The translations under genes and the position numbers were made by a program. Of a DNA stretch of 64,000 nucleotides, positions 24,531 through 37,490 are shown in pieces (position 1 is the first letter of the stretch; every line of letters begins with the position of its first letter). This stretch comes from Cheilinus undulatus. Taxonomy: Eukaryota. The stretch lies in contig NC_054879.1 of NCBI RefSeq assembly GCF_018320785.1, positions 26,456,546 through 26,520,545 of the forward strand, in the 5' to 3' direction. The notes beneath the pieces are model-generated. The model did no database searches, was not told the origin of the DNA, and saw only the letters and a program-made list of their open reading frames with translations.

Positions 24531-25477
24531 CCTTAATCAGAGTCATAATGGACTGTTTGACATGTGTTTTGTATCATCCTCCAAGGAAAAGCTTTTATGC
24601 AAACAGGAAGATCTCTTATGATGAGACAGCCAATATTAGAAGGTGAGGCTACCAGTTTCTGTTCTTTCAGCCAAAGGTGGAAAAATTACAAGGCTACTGT
24701 TCTCAAGTAAAAGTACAATTCAGTGTGGTTTGAATTAACTGAATAGTTACATTGCAGATCTATAAATCTACTAAAAAGTAGAATGTTAATCATCTTAAGT
24801 TTACCCAAGAACTGAAAAACTCGCTCTATACCCAAGGTGGTTGTACAATAAAATAACATTTTTTTCCATCCTTTGTTTAAATGTCTATTTAAAGGCTTTA
24901 TTTCATTAATTATAAATGTTTTTTAAAGCATCAAAGCCAAAAATGATCAAATATTTACCAAGAGAGAAAAAAATGTAATATTACGAGGGTGTTATGAGAA
25001 ACAACATCAAAAAGGGGAGTTCAATCATGCACCAGTCTACTGGATTGTTTCAGTCTTTAGACCAGGGGCATGCAGGGAGAGGGAGTTTATCCAGAGTGCA
25101 ACTGAAAAAAGATGACAGCATTTCTAGATCTTTTATTTATTTTGTTGTCTTTTGAAAGATACATGGCAAACACATGTCAACTATCTGACTGATAAAAAGA
25201 AAGTGAGTTTAGTCAGCCAGGCTAGTGAAAAAATGTTGGGTCAACTTCTGGCCACTATAACAGAGGACTTGCGCAATTTAAACTAAAAGATTTGCTTCAT
25301 AATTATCAGATTAGTTAACTTTGGGAAATGTATAAGTGCAGGAATTATATAATAAACATAAACATGGTGTTGAGTGAAATTAAGAGGAATTGGTTATCAT
25401 CCTCGTCAGAGGACGAGCCACAAACAAGAAAGAACACTGAAATAGAATAAAAGCATTGGTGGGCAGCACACAAATAG

Positions 25478-26888
25478 ATTATGTTACAGCGCCTATTAAA
25501 AATGTTCACCCCCTTGGATGTTTTAAACTTTTATTGTTTCTATAAATCAATCATGGTAAATTGGTAAAATCTCATTTCTACAAAGTAATGTCAATTAAAT
25601 AAAAATACATGATATAAAAAAAGTGATTGCATAAACATTCACCACAATCAAGCGAGTAGATACACATTTGGCTGCAGTCACATCGCTGAGTCTGTGTTGA
25701 TGGATCTCAGTCAGGCTCTGGATACTGCAGTTTTACTCCATTCTTCTTTGCTAAACTGCTCAAGCTCTGTCAGGTTGCACAGGAATCGGACGTGAACAGC
25801 CTTTGATTAGTCCAGCCACTAATTCTCTATTAGATTGAGGTGTGGGCTTTGACTCGACCACTCCACACCATTCACATTGTTGTCTTTAAACTGTTTCTGT
25901 GTAGTTTTCTCTCTATGCTACAGGTCATTGTCCTGCTGGAAAATAAATTTTCTCCCAAGCCATAGTTCTGTTACAGACTGAATAAGATTGTCCTCCTTAA
26001 CTCTCCTATATTTTGCTGCATTAATTTTACCCTCTGCCTTTACATGCCTTCCAGGACCGGCTGTCGAGAAGCATCCCCCAGCATGATGCTGTCACCATCA
26101 TGCTTCACAGTGGGGATGGTGTGTTTGTGTGATCATTTTGGTCTCATCAGACCAAAGAACTTTCTTCTTCTTGGCACTGGAGTCATCCACATGCCATTTG
26201 GTGAACTGTTGTCCAGATTTAACCTGAGTTTTCTTCAACAGTGGCTCTCTCTTTTCCACTCTCCCATAAAGCTTTGACTGGTGCAGAATCTCTCCCATCT
26301 CTGCTGATGAAGCTTGTAACTCCTTCAGAGTAGTCATAGGTGTCTTGGTGGCTTCTCTCACTAGTCTCCTTGGTACAGTCTCTCAGTTTGTGAGGACAGC
26401 GTGATCTAGGCAGATTTACACGTGTGCCTTCTTGATAATGATTAAACTGAACTCTGGGGGATGTCCAGTGACCTGGAAAAGTTTATGTATCTGTTCCCTG
26501 ACTTATACTTTCCAATAAACTTTTCTCTGAGTTGCTTGGAGTGTTCCTTTGTCCTCACTGTGTAATGTAGCCAGGAATACTGATTAACCATTTCACCAAT
26601 TGTGAGACTTCTAGCACTACTTGGTTGAACGTCTGTTGAATTAGGTCAGCCATTTTAAAGAGAGTGAATATTTATGCAATCACCTATTTGCACTACATAT
26701 TTTTATTTCATTGACATTCCTGTGTAGAAATCTGTTTTCACTTTCACATTCAAGACAGGTTGTTTTTTCTAATTTTTTGGGGAGAACAAAGCCAAATTAT
26801 ATTGACCACAATTCATTTATAGAATCAGTTAAAGAGTTAAACATCAAAGGGAGTAAATATTTTTGTAGCTACTGTCTGCATCTCAGAG
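25478..26888 (-). mobile_element. Tc1-like element (family 2, Sleeping-Beauty-like IR/DR architecture) with frame-shifted transposase
   Basis: Terminal inverted repeats of ~200 bp: 25480-25650 is the reverse complement of 26670-26885 (tatttttatttaattgacattactttgtagaaatg.. vs tatttttatttcattgacattcctgtgtagaaatc..). Minus ORF 26098..26361 reads TTLKELQASSAEMGEILHQSKLYGRVEKREPLLKKTQVKSGQQFTKWHVDDSSAKKKKVLWSDETK (Tc1 transposase N-terminal half). A C-terminal remnant ..LTELEQFSKEEWSKTAVS.. lies at ~25700-25800. No intact ORF. Confidence 0.75.
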
Positions 26889-28012
26889 GGCCTTTTCCCA
26901 TGAATTTTGTGAATTAGTTTTTCCTGTAAGGGGTATACTGCTGTCCTGATAGATCTCTCTCTGAAATCATTTGCTTCCCTCAGCGTTTTGCATTTATGCT
27001 TTTTATACTCTAATGATTCCCATATCCACACTCTAATTGTGGTGCGAGTTTGTAGTTTTCGGGTCAACAGCTTTTTGATAACCTTTGAGAGAGAAGGACT
27101 TAGAGGTGTTAAATAAACATCCGATACTTTATTTATTTATTTCTCACTCCTATTATGTTTTGTAATAACCTGTGCCGCTGCTGCAAGGTTCTGTAATGTT
27201 AGCACATTTATCACTGCCTCTATCCTCAGGTGAATACCGGCTATGGAGTCTGCAGTGAGCCGATGCAATTATTTAACACCTTTTAGCCTAAGATGATACA
27301 TGATTTCTGAAAGGAAAGCACCTTTTTGTTTATCTATCGATCCATTTATTTTGTGTTGACTAAAATATGTCAAGGTGTTCATGATTTCCTTCAACTGAAC
27401 TGCAGATTTTGTTTATTCCTTTTCTTTCCGCCAGTCTTTTTCTGACAGTCTTCTAACAGAATAAAATCTGCTTAAATTTGGCACAGACCTTGTTGTTTAG
27501 CCACAAGAAATCTTCCATGTCTCTGCCTGCAGCAGAACAATGACAATCGACCTGTTCTGTCACAGCTGACTGCACCCAGCATGTTGGTCAGCTCGACCAG
27601 TGACCCCTCCACAGTACATCCATGTGGTCTGTGACATTGGCTACCACCTTTAATGAGAAAAACAGACCGAGCAGTGAATCCTCAGCTGCAGGGGAGCAGC
27701 TCTACAATGAACAAGGCCTGGGCTTTAAGGCTGTGCAGCTGAGGTTTTTTTAAAGGAACACTGCTGATTATTTGAAAATACTGCTTCATTATGTGTGTTA
27801 TCTTATCAGCAAAACCTAGTCTGACCTCCTCGTTTTGATGTCTGAGCGAATGGTCTGTCCTTTTCCATTATAGAGATGGGTGGAACACAAAGAAAAACAC
27901 ATCAGGGGTGCTAAAAATCATTGTGTTTTGATGTCATGGATGAGGCAGAGATGGAAAACTGAATGACATCAGTGTTGTCTGTGAGTACAGGAGGAGGATG
28001 GAGGGGTTAAAG

Positions 28013-28475
28013 CAGTGGTTCTCGACTGGTGGGTCCGGACCCAACAAAGGGTGGCGGAGCAGTTTTCAGTGGGTCGCAACTGTGTCTGAAAAATAAAATG
28101 TGGTAAAAGTCCTGAAGTCTTTTATGGACATGCATCAATACTTTTTATTTTATTCTGTTTTACTGTGAAATAAGGCAAATTTAAATGTTTGATCAATATT
28201 TCAACTAATCCATCTCCTTTTCTTGCAATAAATGGCTACTTTTCCCGTGATAATGAAGTAATTTTTCAAGATCTCTGGAAAACTGGAAAAAAATTTACAC
28301 ATAATGATGGGAAAGAGGGTAGAAAATTTGTCAGTTTTGTTCCTTTTTTAATCAGGTGTTATGGTCCAATCATGCTCTAAACTGAAACATATTTTATTAA
28401 CTAAACATGGGTTGTTGTTGATCTGTTATGAGAACAATCGACGGGTCCTGAGGCTGGACCAGTTGAGAACCACTG
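28013..28475. mobile_element. MITE (463 bp) with ~30-bp terminal inverted repeats
   Basis: The left end cagtggttctcgactggtgggtccggaccc and the right end gggtcctgaggctggaccagttgagaaccactg are reverse complements; the AT-rich interior has no ORF. Confidence 0.7.
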
Positions 28476-28559
28476 GATTAGAGCATGTGCAATCTTACTG
28501 CAGAATCACCTCACTACATCACTAACTGCTTGTTTCATTAGCTTCTAAGATGCTGAGGT

Positions 28560-29390
28560 CACTCAAATACCATCTACGTTGCACTGATGCTGATAATAAT
28601 GATAATGCATTTCAGTTACAGATACAGGCTTTTTGTCCACAGATAATTAAAAACATTTTCACTTCTAAGTCAAATCCACATGGACCAAATGCTGCATGTC
28701 ACACTTGTACCTTTCTTAACAGCCAGCTGAACAATGTCACCATGGTGATGAAAAATAATGTGTTTGTGAAAAACAAAAGTAGTTGGCCATCTGACCATAA
28801 CACCCACATGGACTGTAATGACATTGTAATCAAATGCATGCACTTCAATATGGAGTTAGTTCCCCCTTTGCATCTATAACAGCCTCCAGTCTTCTTTGGA
28901 GGCTTTTCACTACATTTTGGAGTGTTTTTGAGGGAATTTGTGCCCATTCATTCTGAAGAGCATTTATGAGTTCAGGCACTGATTTTGAACCAGAAGACCT
29001 GGCTCACAGTCTACGTTCCATTTCATCCCTAAGGTGCTTGATGGGGTTCGTCTCAAGGCTCTGTGCAGGCCAGTCAAGTTCTTCTACATGAGACTCATCA
29101 AACCGTGTCTTTATAGTCCTTCTTTGTGCACTGGGGCACTGGCATGTTGGAATAAAGAGGAACTGTCTCCAAACTGTGGCCACACAGTTGGAAGCAAAGC
29201 ATTGTCCAAATTGTGTTGTTATACTGAAGCATTAAGACTGGACTTCACCAGAGATAAGGGGCCTAGCCCAAACTATGAAAACAGCCCCATACCATCATCC
29301 CTCATCCACCAAACCTTACAGTTGGCACAGTGCAGACACGCAGGTAACGTCCTCCTGGAACTCAGACTCGCTGATCCCATATATATTTAG
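28560..29390 (-). mobile_element. Tc1-like element, 3' portion (C-terminal half of the transposase plus 3' end), 5'-truncated
   Basis: The minus-strand translation gives ..KSVPELINALQNEWAQIPSKTLQNVVKSLQRRLEAVIDAKGGTNSILK* (Tc1 C-terminus, cf. SB ..LEAVIAAKGASTKY). The DDE-region remnant is on the reverse of 29034-29390. Confidence 0.65.
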
Positions 29391-29689
29391 AATATGTCTT
29401 TCATTTTGTGTTTTTTTTTTTTAGAATAAAAATCAGGGTTTTCAGCGCTTGAACTGGCATTTAAAAGTTACCATTCCTGAAAAAGGCTACATTTGATATA
29501 ATGATCAAGTCTGATTTTGGTATAAGAATTAATGGTAAAACATTGGATTTTCTTTGTTTATTTGTATTTGTATGTATGGCATCCATGACTGGCCACAAAC
29601 ACTGAGTGTAACAATTCATTGAAAACTCAAAATTAAAAAGAAAATAATGCATAAAAATCGAAGTTTACTATTAACACATTCTAACCACA

Positions 29690-30180
29690 CCAGGCAGGAC
29701 CCCAGATGCAGACTGTGCATAGATGCCCCTGAGACAGTGCAGCACATCACAGCTGTAAGATGCTGGCAGGCAAGGCATACATGGAACGGCATAACCAGGT
29801 AGCTGGCATAGTGTACAGGAATATCTGTGCTGAGTATGGACTGGAGGTCCCAGGGTCAAGGTGGAAGATGCCTTCTAAGGTGTTTGAGAATAAGCGAGCA
29901 AAGATCCTGTGGGACTTACAGACCCAGACTGACAAGACGGTGATGGCTAATCAGTCTGACAGAGCTGGTTGATAAATGTCAGAAGACAGTGATAGTGATA
30001 GATGTAGCAATACAGACCGATAGCAACATCAGAAAGAAGGAACACGAGAAGCTCAAAGAATACCAAGGGCTGAAGGGAGAGTTAGAGAAGATGTGGGGTG
30101 TGAAGGCAGCAGTGGTGCTAGTTGTGATTGGGCCACTGGGGCTGTAACCCTCAAGGTGGGTGGATGGCTCCAGCAGATCA
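29690..30180 (+). mobile_element. LINE ORF2 C-terminal / 3' fragment
   Basis: Translation reads CRLC..ETVQHITAGCKMLAGKAYMERHNQVAGIVYRNICAEYGLEVP..KILWDLQTQTDKTVMANQSDRAG, then (frameshift) VDKCQKTVIVIDVAIQTDSNIRKKEHEKLKEYQGLKGELEKMWGVKAAVVLVVIGPLG. This matches the conserved tail KILWDFxIQTDK..ANxPDIVVVDK..VIDVAIPSDSNIRKKEHEKLEKYQGLKEELEKMW.VKA.VVPVVIGALG of a widespread metazoan LINE clade, as I remember it. Confidence 0.65.
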
Positions 30181-32582
30181 GAGTTTTTGCACTGAAACTG
30201 GCATTTTAAGGATTAAATTTTCCAACATTATGATCCAGTCTGATCTTGATTAAAAAATTAATGAAAAGAAAAGTTGAAGAATTACTAATACACATTTTTA
30301 TGAATACTGCTAATTTTGGTCGAGGACACCCTGAGTGTAACAATATATTTTACACCAACCATTATTTTTATTTGACTCTACTGGATTGCATTCTAGTTGG
30401 AAAACTTTAAACTGTAAGTGGACAGATTATTTTTCTAAATTTATAATCAAGCTGGTTTTGTCATTTGTCCACATTGTATTTATTTAGGACAGTTTCAGCA
30501 GATTTGTTACCTATGAAACTCTTTTCCTCACTTTTTCAATCCTTTGTTTCCTGCTTTATTCAACATGCGACAATGTTGGTTTATTAATCAATGCAACTAT
30601 TTGCATTTATTTGCAATAAAAATGTGGACTACAGAAACAACAGAGAGGCTAGCTGGGATTAAAATTCTGCCAGCCCTTTGGTCACCTCTGGTTTAAAAAA
30701 CATGGAAGAATCAAAATGTGTCCAAACAGTTGGACACATTCAGGTAGCCACATGTACGTCTTATAGACAGTCTTTGATATTTTCACACAAAAGTCCCATA
30801 AGGCATCTGATATTTATTTATTCTACACATTCTGTCCATCTTATATGCACATCTGTCGCTAACCTCGCCTGTCATTACGGAGCTTCCTATTCTCCACCTG
30901 TCCAGTTTGTGCCCCCTGACGACTCCCACCATCTGCAGTCCCTTGATCCCCACACCTGCCTGCCCACCTGCCTCTCACTCCCTCATTAGTCTTTTATGGA
31001 TTCAACTTTTATTTCACACCTCTGTGCCAGAGCATCTCTATCGCTGTGCAGCTTTAGCAGAGCATTGAATGTCTTCTTAAACATCAGCTGATCTGTGTTT
31101 TAGGATCATTCTTTACGTGTTTGACTCCCTCAGTAGGCCTGCTATAGTTTTTCCTCCATTTATTACACATCTCTTTTGTTAAGTGGTGCTGCTGACGGGG
31201 GAGGGGGGACCACACATTTCCATATCCCTCAGAGTTATAATATAGAGAGAATGGTTCACTAATGGCCTTGTTTTAGATCTGCACATATATTGTACACTCG
31301 GACTATAAAATACAAAGAATCCATTTGCCGTTCCCCGCTGCTAAAGCCCTGCTGAGCTGACACTTTCTCTGCCTCACTAATGAAAAGCTTTGGGAATGAG
31401 GCCCTATATGGATTTAAAATTCAAACAGGGCTGAAAAAAATAGCTCGAACATATTCATAAAGTCTGATCAAAAAGTTATCTCTCATAAAAAACACTGATT
31501 AAACCATAACTTTAAATCTTTCATGTCAAAACACAATGCCAATGGGATGAATGAAATCACATAATAACGCATGACTAATTAAGTATCAAAAGCAAGCAGT
31601 ATTTAGGACCTTAAATTATCTTTCTCTAATTATCACTGTGTGGAAATTATCTCTTATTTCTGCTAAAAACTAATTATTTCCTGCACTGAATGTGACAGTC
31701 ACTTTCACAGAATGCAGCTCTAATTTTTTAAGAGTTCATAAAGGGACAAGAGGGCAGGTTTGATCTGTCTGATCCTTATTATGAACAAGAAACTGATCTA
31801 AAACTTCAGATATAGATTCATGAAAGTTCAGATTCACTAAAAAGTATAGCAGTTTAAAAGGTTTAATCAGACCAAAAGCTGCTGAGGTTAGATCACCTAC
31901 GCCTGCAAATGTGCAGTAACTAATGATGGCACCCCCTGTATTTAGCTGATGGTTTAAAGGGATAGTTTGCTATTTTTGAAAGTGAGGTTGTCCAAGGTTT
32001 TTGTCAATAGCTACATATATCTGAGACCGTACATCGGGCAGATCAGCACAAGGCTATATGTTGTAGAAGAGCAACCCAAAAAGCACTACTTTCTGCAGTG
32101 TACTGATCAGCTATTTGGGTCTATGGGATTCAAAAGAGTAAACAACAAATGAGTGGTTATGGGAAAATCTCTAGGGATTGTAGTATAGAGGAACAATATC
32201 TGTAGATGGAGGCTGAACAAACCCAAAAGAGATATAAGAGATACTTACACTGAAAACTGAGAGACAGAAGTGATACCGTAGTACCTGGTGGATAAAGTGT
32301 TTCATCTGTGAGTTCATATAAAAAAAACAAGAGAGATAGTGTTGTTGAAACAGTTTCCCAGACCTTCACGGATCAGAGTGCCAGAACTGGAATCAGAATT
32401 AGAATTTGTTAATTTATTACCAGGGGGAAATTTGATAAATGGCTGCATGTATATGCCTGTATTTGCATTAGTATGGTACATATATGTTCAGTGGTTGGCA
32501 CATGTAACAACAGCTAATGTATGGACCTGCTTTCTGTAGCAATCACTATCCCAACTTACCTGCTCTACTAACCCTGGTGTTT

Positions 32583-32741
32583 AAACCCCTCTGGATGGAT
32601 AGATGGAAGGACGGACAGACAGACGGACAGACAGATGGACAGACAGATGGAACTATCTAAGGTTTTATGGATGGACTTACATTGAGATGGATAGATAGAT
32701 ATGTCGGGATGGATGGATGGACGGACAGATGGATAGATGAT
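32583..32741. repeat. (GGAT/GGAC/AGAC)n compound microsatellite, two blocks
   Basis: Runs of ggatggatagatggaaggacggacagacagacgg.. and gggatggatggatggacggacagatggatagatg; these produce ORFs 32568..32834(-) and 32667..33050(+). Confidence 0.95.
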
Positions 32742-35656
32742 AATATTTACTTTATGAAATTCCAAATAAATATAAATGATGCTCCAAGTCCACCCATATA
32801 TAAAATCTTCCTGATTGAAGTTCCTTGTCCTCAAATTTCTCTTGTCTCTTTTGCCTCTGTAGACTGTCTCTTCTTTCCCTCTCTTCTTTTTATTTCAGAT
32901 ATACTCTTCTTGGTCCCATATGTGCTTCCAGCATGTTTACTTGTCTTCTGCCAACTTGATCAGTTAAGCCTTTTTCATTACTTTCACTCGCTTCCTTCCT
33001 TCCTCTACTTTTGTTTTCTTTGGCTTGACAAAAGAGAGAAAGTAGATTGACTTTTACTGGTTCGGGTTCAAGGATGTTTCCGACCGATAAAAAGCAGAGC
33101 TATCTCACACGACCATCAGAGATTGTTCTGATGAAAGCATGTTCTTAACAAAGTCTTGTCTTGCAAAGACAGTCTTTCTTAAAAGCATGGCCAACTGCAT
33201 TTAACAAGAACAAAACTTTCTCTAAGGTGCATCATGGGAAGTCCCTGTATTATGAATAAAAGTATGCAGGAAGAATAAGATGCAAGGTTGGAAACAGAAT
33301 CCGAAGTAAAGACACAAAGCTCAAAAGTAAGGAGAAGGAGCAAATCAGTGCTGTAGAGAATCACTGAAGAGTTAAAGAGAGGCGCAGATATGTAAAAGAA
33401 CATATAAAAGACATGAGATCAGGTACAAACAAGAGCAACAAACCACCAACAACACAACAAGCTCAACTGAAACTGCACAAGTCAACTTTCTCTCCTTTGC
33501 TTCTTGAGTTGAGAATGAGGTTATACCTTTAAGACGAGTTTACACTTGTTTTTAAGGTGGCGAGGGAATTCAGGTCTCAAAGTTGAACCGGTATGAAGTG
33601 TTTTACAGTGTAGCTTTTATGAGTGCAGAAGAAGACTATCAAAGTGCTGTTCACCGTCTTTATTCTGCCTCATGTTTCTGCTGAAAAGAAGCTTTGGAGA
33701 TGAAGTCCCACTGGAAACTGCTGGGTTTTAGTCATACTTTATTTAAATTGCCTCAAACCTTTTGTTAAAGAATTAAAAAGGAATCAAACAGAGAGATTTC
33801 TCTACAGAGGGATGTACCTGAGATATGTGGGTAATATTTACTGTAAAGGCAAATCAAAGTTAGAGGCATAACAGTGTCTGCACACAGAGAGCCTGGGGAT
33901 CCCGATGCTCCCAAATCAGCTTATAACACTTTGATAATACGGGAAGAAGACAAATTGATTGTTTTAAGCAGCAACTTTAGCCTCAATTTACAGATAAAAC
34001 AATCATAGATGCACAGAGTAATTATTTTACTGGAAGAATTTTGTAGCACACACTCACAGACCCCACACCATGCTACACCAGTGAATCTTGGTGATCCCTA
34101 ACCTTTAATGACTTCCCTTGAGGTTCACATTTCTAACTTAAACTCTGAAATGTCTTGACAGATATTGGATGGATTGTTGGGGTAAATTCAAGCACATATT
34201 CATTCCCGAACAAAATAACACTCGAGTGATCCTGGAGTTTCATTGAGCTATTTTTCTTGTTAGTAGAAATTGCTTGTCATCTAAATATCAGTGTGACCAA
34301 TATACCTTTATAAAATGCTGAGTAAGGCACCGCCAAGCTGCAACATTTACCAACTGCATACAACCTGACTAGATTCATAATTCTCTTCTACTGCAGGCAG
34401 CTAGTTTGCTGTGCAAAGCATGCTGGAATGATTGTGACCAGACTGGCTTTCAACACTTTTTAACAGCTTTTCACCCACTATAAAAATTTTCAGTTGACTT
34501 AATTATCTTTGAAAAAAAAACCTTTTATTTGCAATCAGCCAGTAAACATCCATCCATCAGGCCAACAATACATAGACTACAATATAAAATATCCAAGTTT
34601 AAGTAAAATCCCAATGACATTACAATGCAAATGGTGCACAATTAGTCTTTTAAAAGGCCAGTGGCAGACAGGAAAAATGAGTATTTTAGTGTTTTTGTCA
34701 TGCAAGCTGGGAGGCTAAATCCACAGTTGGACAGAAGCAACTTAAATTCAGAAAGCAAAGGATGGCTGTGCTGGAACTAACTGGGCCTTCAAAGACACCT
34801 TTCACTGTACAAGTATGTTCACTCATCCAACGCTGAGAGCTATGAGACCCATCAAATTAGGATTTGATTTTTTCAGTCTTCCAACAAATGGTTCATGCAG
34901 ACAGAAACACTCAGAAAACTACACACATACTATCATGATTACTGTGTGATGAGGTCAATTGGCACTTACTGCCCCCTAGTGGACACTTTTAGTTAGTGCT
35001 TATGTTTTCTTAATTATTACCGAGTGCCTGCAGACCAGCTACCTCCTTTTGTTGAGCCTTGGAGTTGCTATGTCCATAAGCCGAACATTATTGTTGTTGA
35101 AAGGAGAATTGTCATGGAAAATATAATTGTGTTTGAAGAAAAGTTGTTTTGGTTGTGTGGGAAATATAAACAAACATGAAGATGCTTGTTTGCTGAGCTA
35201 ACTAGCTAAAGTGGGTTTGTACCATGGCCTGTATTGAGCTAAGTGCTTACAATTTTTCAGCTAATGCCAAGCTGGATAAAATACATGCTTGCAAATCCTT
35301 TGTTGTAAGTTTATACAGGAATTCACATGGGAAGAAAAGACGAGGAATTCATCTAGATAAAAAAAAAAAAAAACTGTTTTATTTCATGTTTAAGCATAAG
35401 TTATTGGTCAGTTTATGCTTTTAACTATTTACAGTATAATTTCTTGTTGTATTTAAGTTTTTTGTACAATTTTTTGATAAAAGCTTTGTATTGTATTTTT
35501 CAGTTTTACAGAGATGGCCACCAGTAAAGCCTCCTTGAGCACAAACATGGTTTTATCGGAGTATTTGTGTGCTATCTGTCTAGCCTTGCTAAGAAACGCA
35601 ATCGTGAGGACAGAACACATCACTGGTGTGGTGGTGGTATCAGGTCCTAATCCAAA

Positions 35657-35735
35657 GACAGTCTGGCTGCAGACCACAGATCTCAGATGCCCCCTCCCAC
35701 ACACCATTACTGTGAGACACGGCATCTGTCAGAAC
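35657..35735. repeat. Left arm of a ~75-bp inverted repeat pair (partner 37425-37490)
   Basis: gtctggctgcagaccacagatctcagatgccccctcccacacaccattactgtgagacacggcatctgtcagaa matches the reverse complement of 37425-37490 (ttctgacagaatcacagtaatgatctgcaagagggggcgcctgatatccgtggtctgcagccagac). The same relationship shows in ORFs 35453..35725(-) and 37369..37551(+): ITVMVCGRGHLRSVVCSQT / ITVMICKRGRLISVVCSQT. Confidence 0.75.
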
Positions 35736-35929
35736 AGAGGTGCCGTAATTTGCTGTTACAATGTATTTCCAGTTTTAGATTTTTTTTATATTCAACTCTA
35801 TTCATAAAAAATCTTGCAGTTAAATTTATGAAATAACTGCACTGCAGACATTACAGACCAGGTAACATTTAAAAATCAAACAGAGAAAGGGTCAGAGGTC
35901 TAACCTGGGGGTGAATTATGTACTGACCT

Positions 35930-36520
35930 GTTTTAGAAGTATGCTAACGATCACTTTTGCTAAAGCTAACATGGCTACATGAGCTACATAGTTAACGTTA
36001 CCATGTAAGCCAATATAGCTAAATTAGCTTTAGCAACTTGAGCTTTAGAAAATATACCTAAAGCTACAGTAGGTAGGTAAGCTAGGTATGAATAGCAGTG
36101 TGTAGCTTGTGTAGCTACAGCTTGCTTTGTGGCTATGTAAGTATAGAGAGACATGAGATTTGGCTAACTCAGCAGCATTATTTGTGTTAGCTGCTTTAGC
36201 CATGCTAGTTATGGAGCTACTCAAGCTAAATTTTCTATGGTTTAGGGTTTATTTGGCTTTACTAAACTTTTTGCAGTCTTTTAATTTTAACTTCAGTTAT
36301 CATAACCTATGTAGCTAAATCTAAGGCTAATGAAGCTTATAAACTTATATTTACGTAGCCAACTAGCTACATAATTAATGTTACTTAATCAAAAAAAGCC
36401 ACACTAGCTGCATTAGATTATGCTGCATTTGCTAAAGCTAGAAATATGTTTGATGTCATTACAATAGCAGTGGCTTGCTTTAGCTATCGTTGCTACATTG
36501 GCTTACATCTTACCTCTAAA
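35930..36520. repeat. Degenerate AGCTA/TAGC-rich low-complexity tandem tract
   Basis: About 590 bp dominated by variants of gctaaagctaac, tagctacat, agctttagc and gctagtt (a palindromic GCTAGC-like core). It lies between the two inverted-repeat arms. Confidence 0.7.
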
Positions 36521-37424
36521 TGACCAGATGAGGACAGTCCCTGTTTGAAAAGCCCTGTCCCTGGGCAGGTTTTCACTGTTTTTTTATTTTAAAGGAGCAT
36601 CTTGTTATTTCATTACAGACTGATCTGAACATCCCCCTGACATATTTTGGACTGATCTGTTGTCCAAAAAAAAAAAATGTTCACTGTGTTGTCTGAAGCC
36701 TGGACTCTTTTTGATGAGTTAAGAGTTTAAGCTAAACTCTGGCATTTCCTTCAAAATAAAAGTCAACTTGCATTTTGCCAGTCAAATGTTTTTAGCGGGA
36801 AGCTACAACAGCAGGAAATGTTTGGTTTTCAGAAGCAATAACTGGATAGAGACCCAAGGTGGCTCTTTGACGGAAAATATTCAAATCAAACAACGTAATA
36901 TAAAAATTCCTGGATCCGGAACTTTTGGGGAAAAGAAAAAACACAGAAGTTTAATAAACTTCCACAAGAAGAGGAAGAGTGGAACAGTTACTGATGAACA
37001 GTTATGTAGCAGAGTTTATGTTAGTAATCTATTTTATTTAATAATTGGCTCTTCAGTCACAGTTGTTTTATTATTGGTAATTGTTAATTTTTCAGTTTCA
37101 GAATAAGGCCAAAAGGCTGTTGAGGCCTCCCGCAAAACATTTGTCAAAATACATGAAATTTTTCGATCCCATTTGCTATGTCATGACAATGTTTTGTGGT
37201 TTGTTCACCTAACTGGAAATGGAAACCCTTTAACTAAGTCTAAAAAGCCATAGAAAGCCACAGTTAATGTAACCGCTTCTTAAACAGTTGAGTGAGACAT
37301 CAAATTTTTTTTTCAGTTTAATTTATGTAAAGTCTAATGTTAGCAATGTGGTTATTTGATGGATGTGATTGAATTTGTTTATAGAAAAGGTTGAATTTAA
37401 AAAAAAAGGTAAATTACATCCCTT

Positions 37425-37490
37425 CCTTTCTGACAGAATCACAGTAATGATCTGCAAGAGGGGGCGCCTGATATCCGTGGTCTGCAGCCA
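37425..37490. repeat. Right arm of the inverted repeat pair (partner 35657-35735)
   Basis: See 35657-35735. Confidence 0.75.

Noticed and set aside
29034-29390. 118-aa plus-strand ORF as a gene
   Set aside because: It is the antisense strand of the Tc1 transposase remnant (28560-29390).
32667-33050. 127-aa ORF (and 20790..21002, 32568..32834) as coding
   Set aside because: These are translations of (GGAT/GGAC)n microsatellites (DGWMDGWTD.. repeats).
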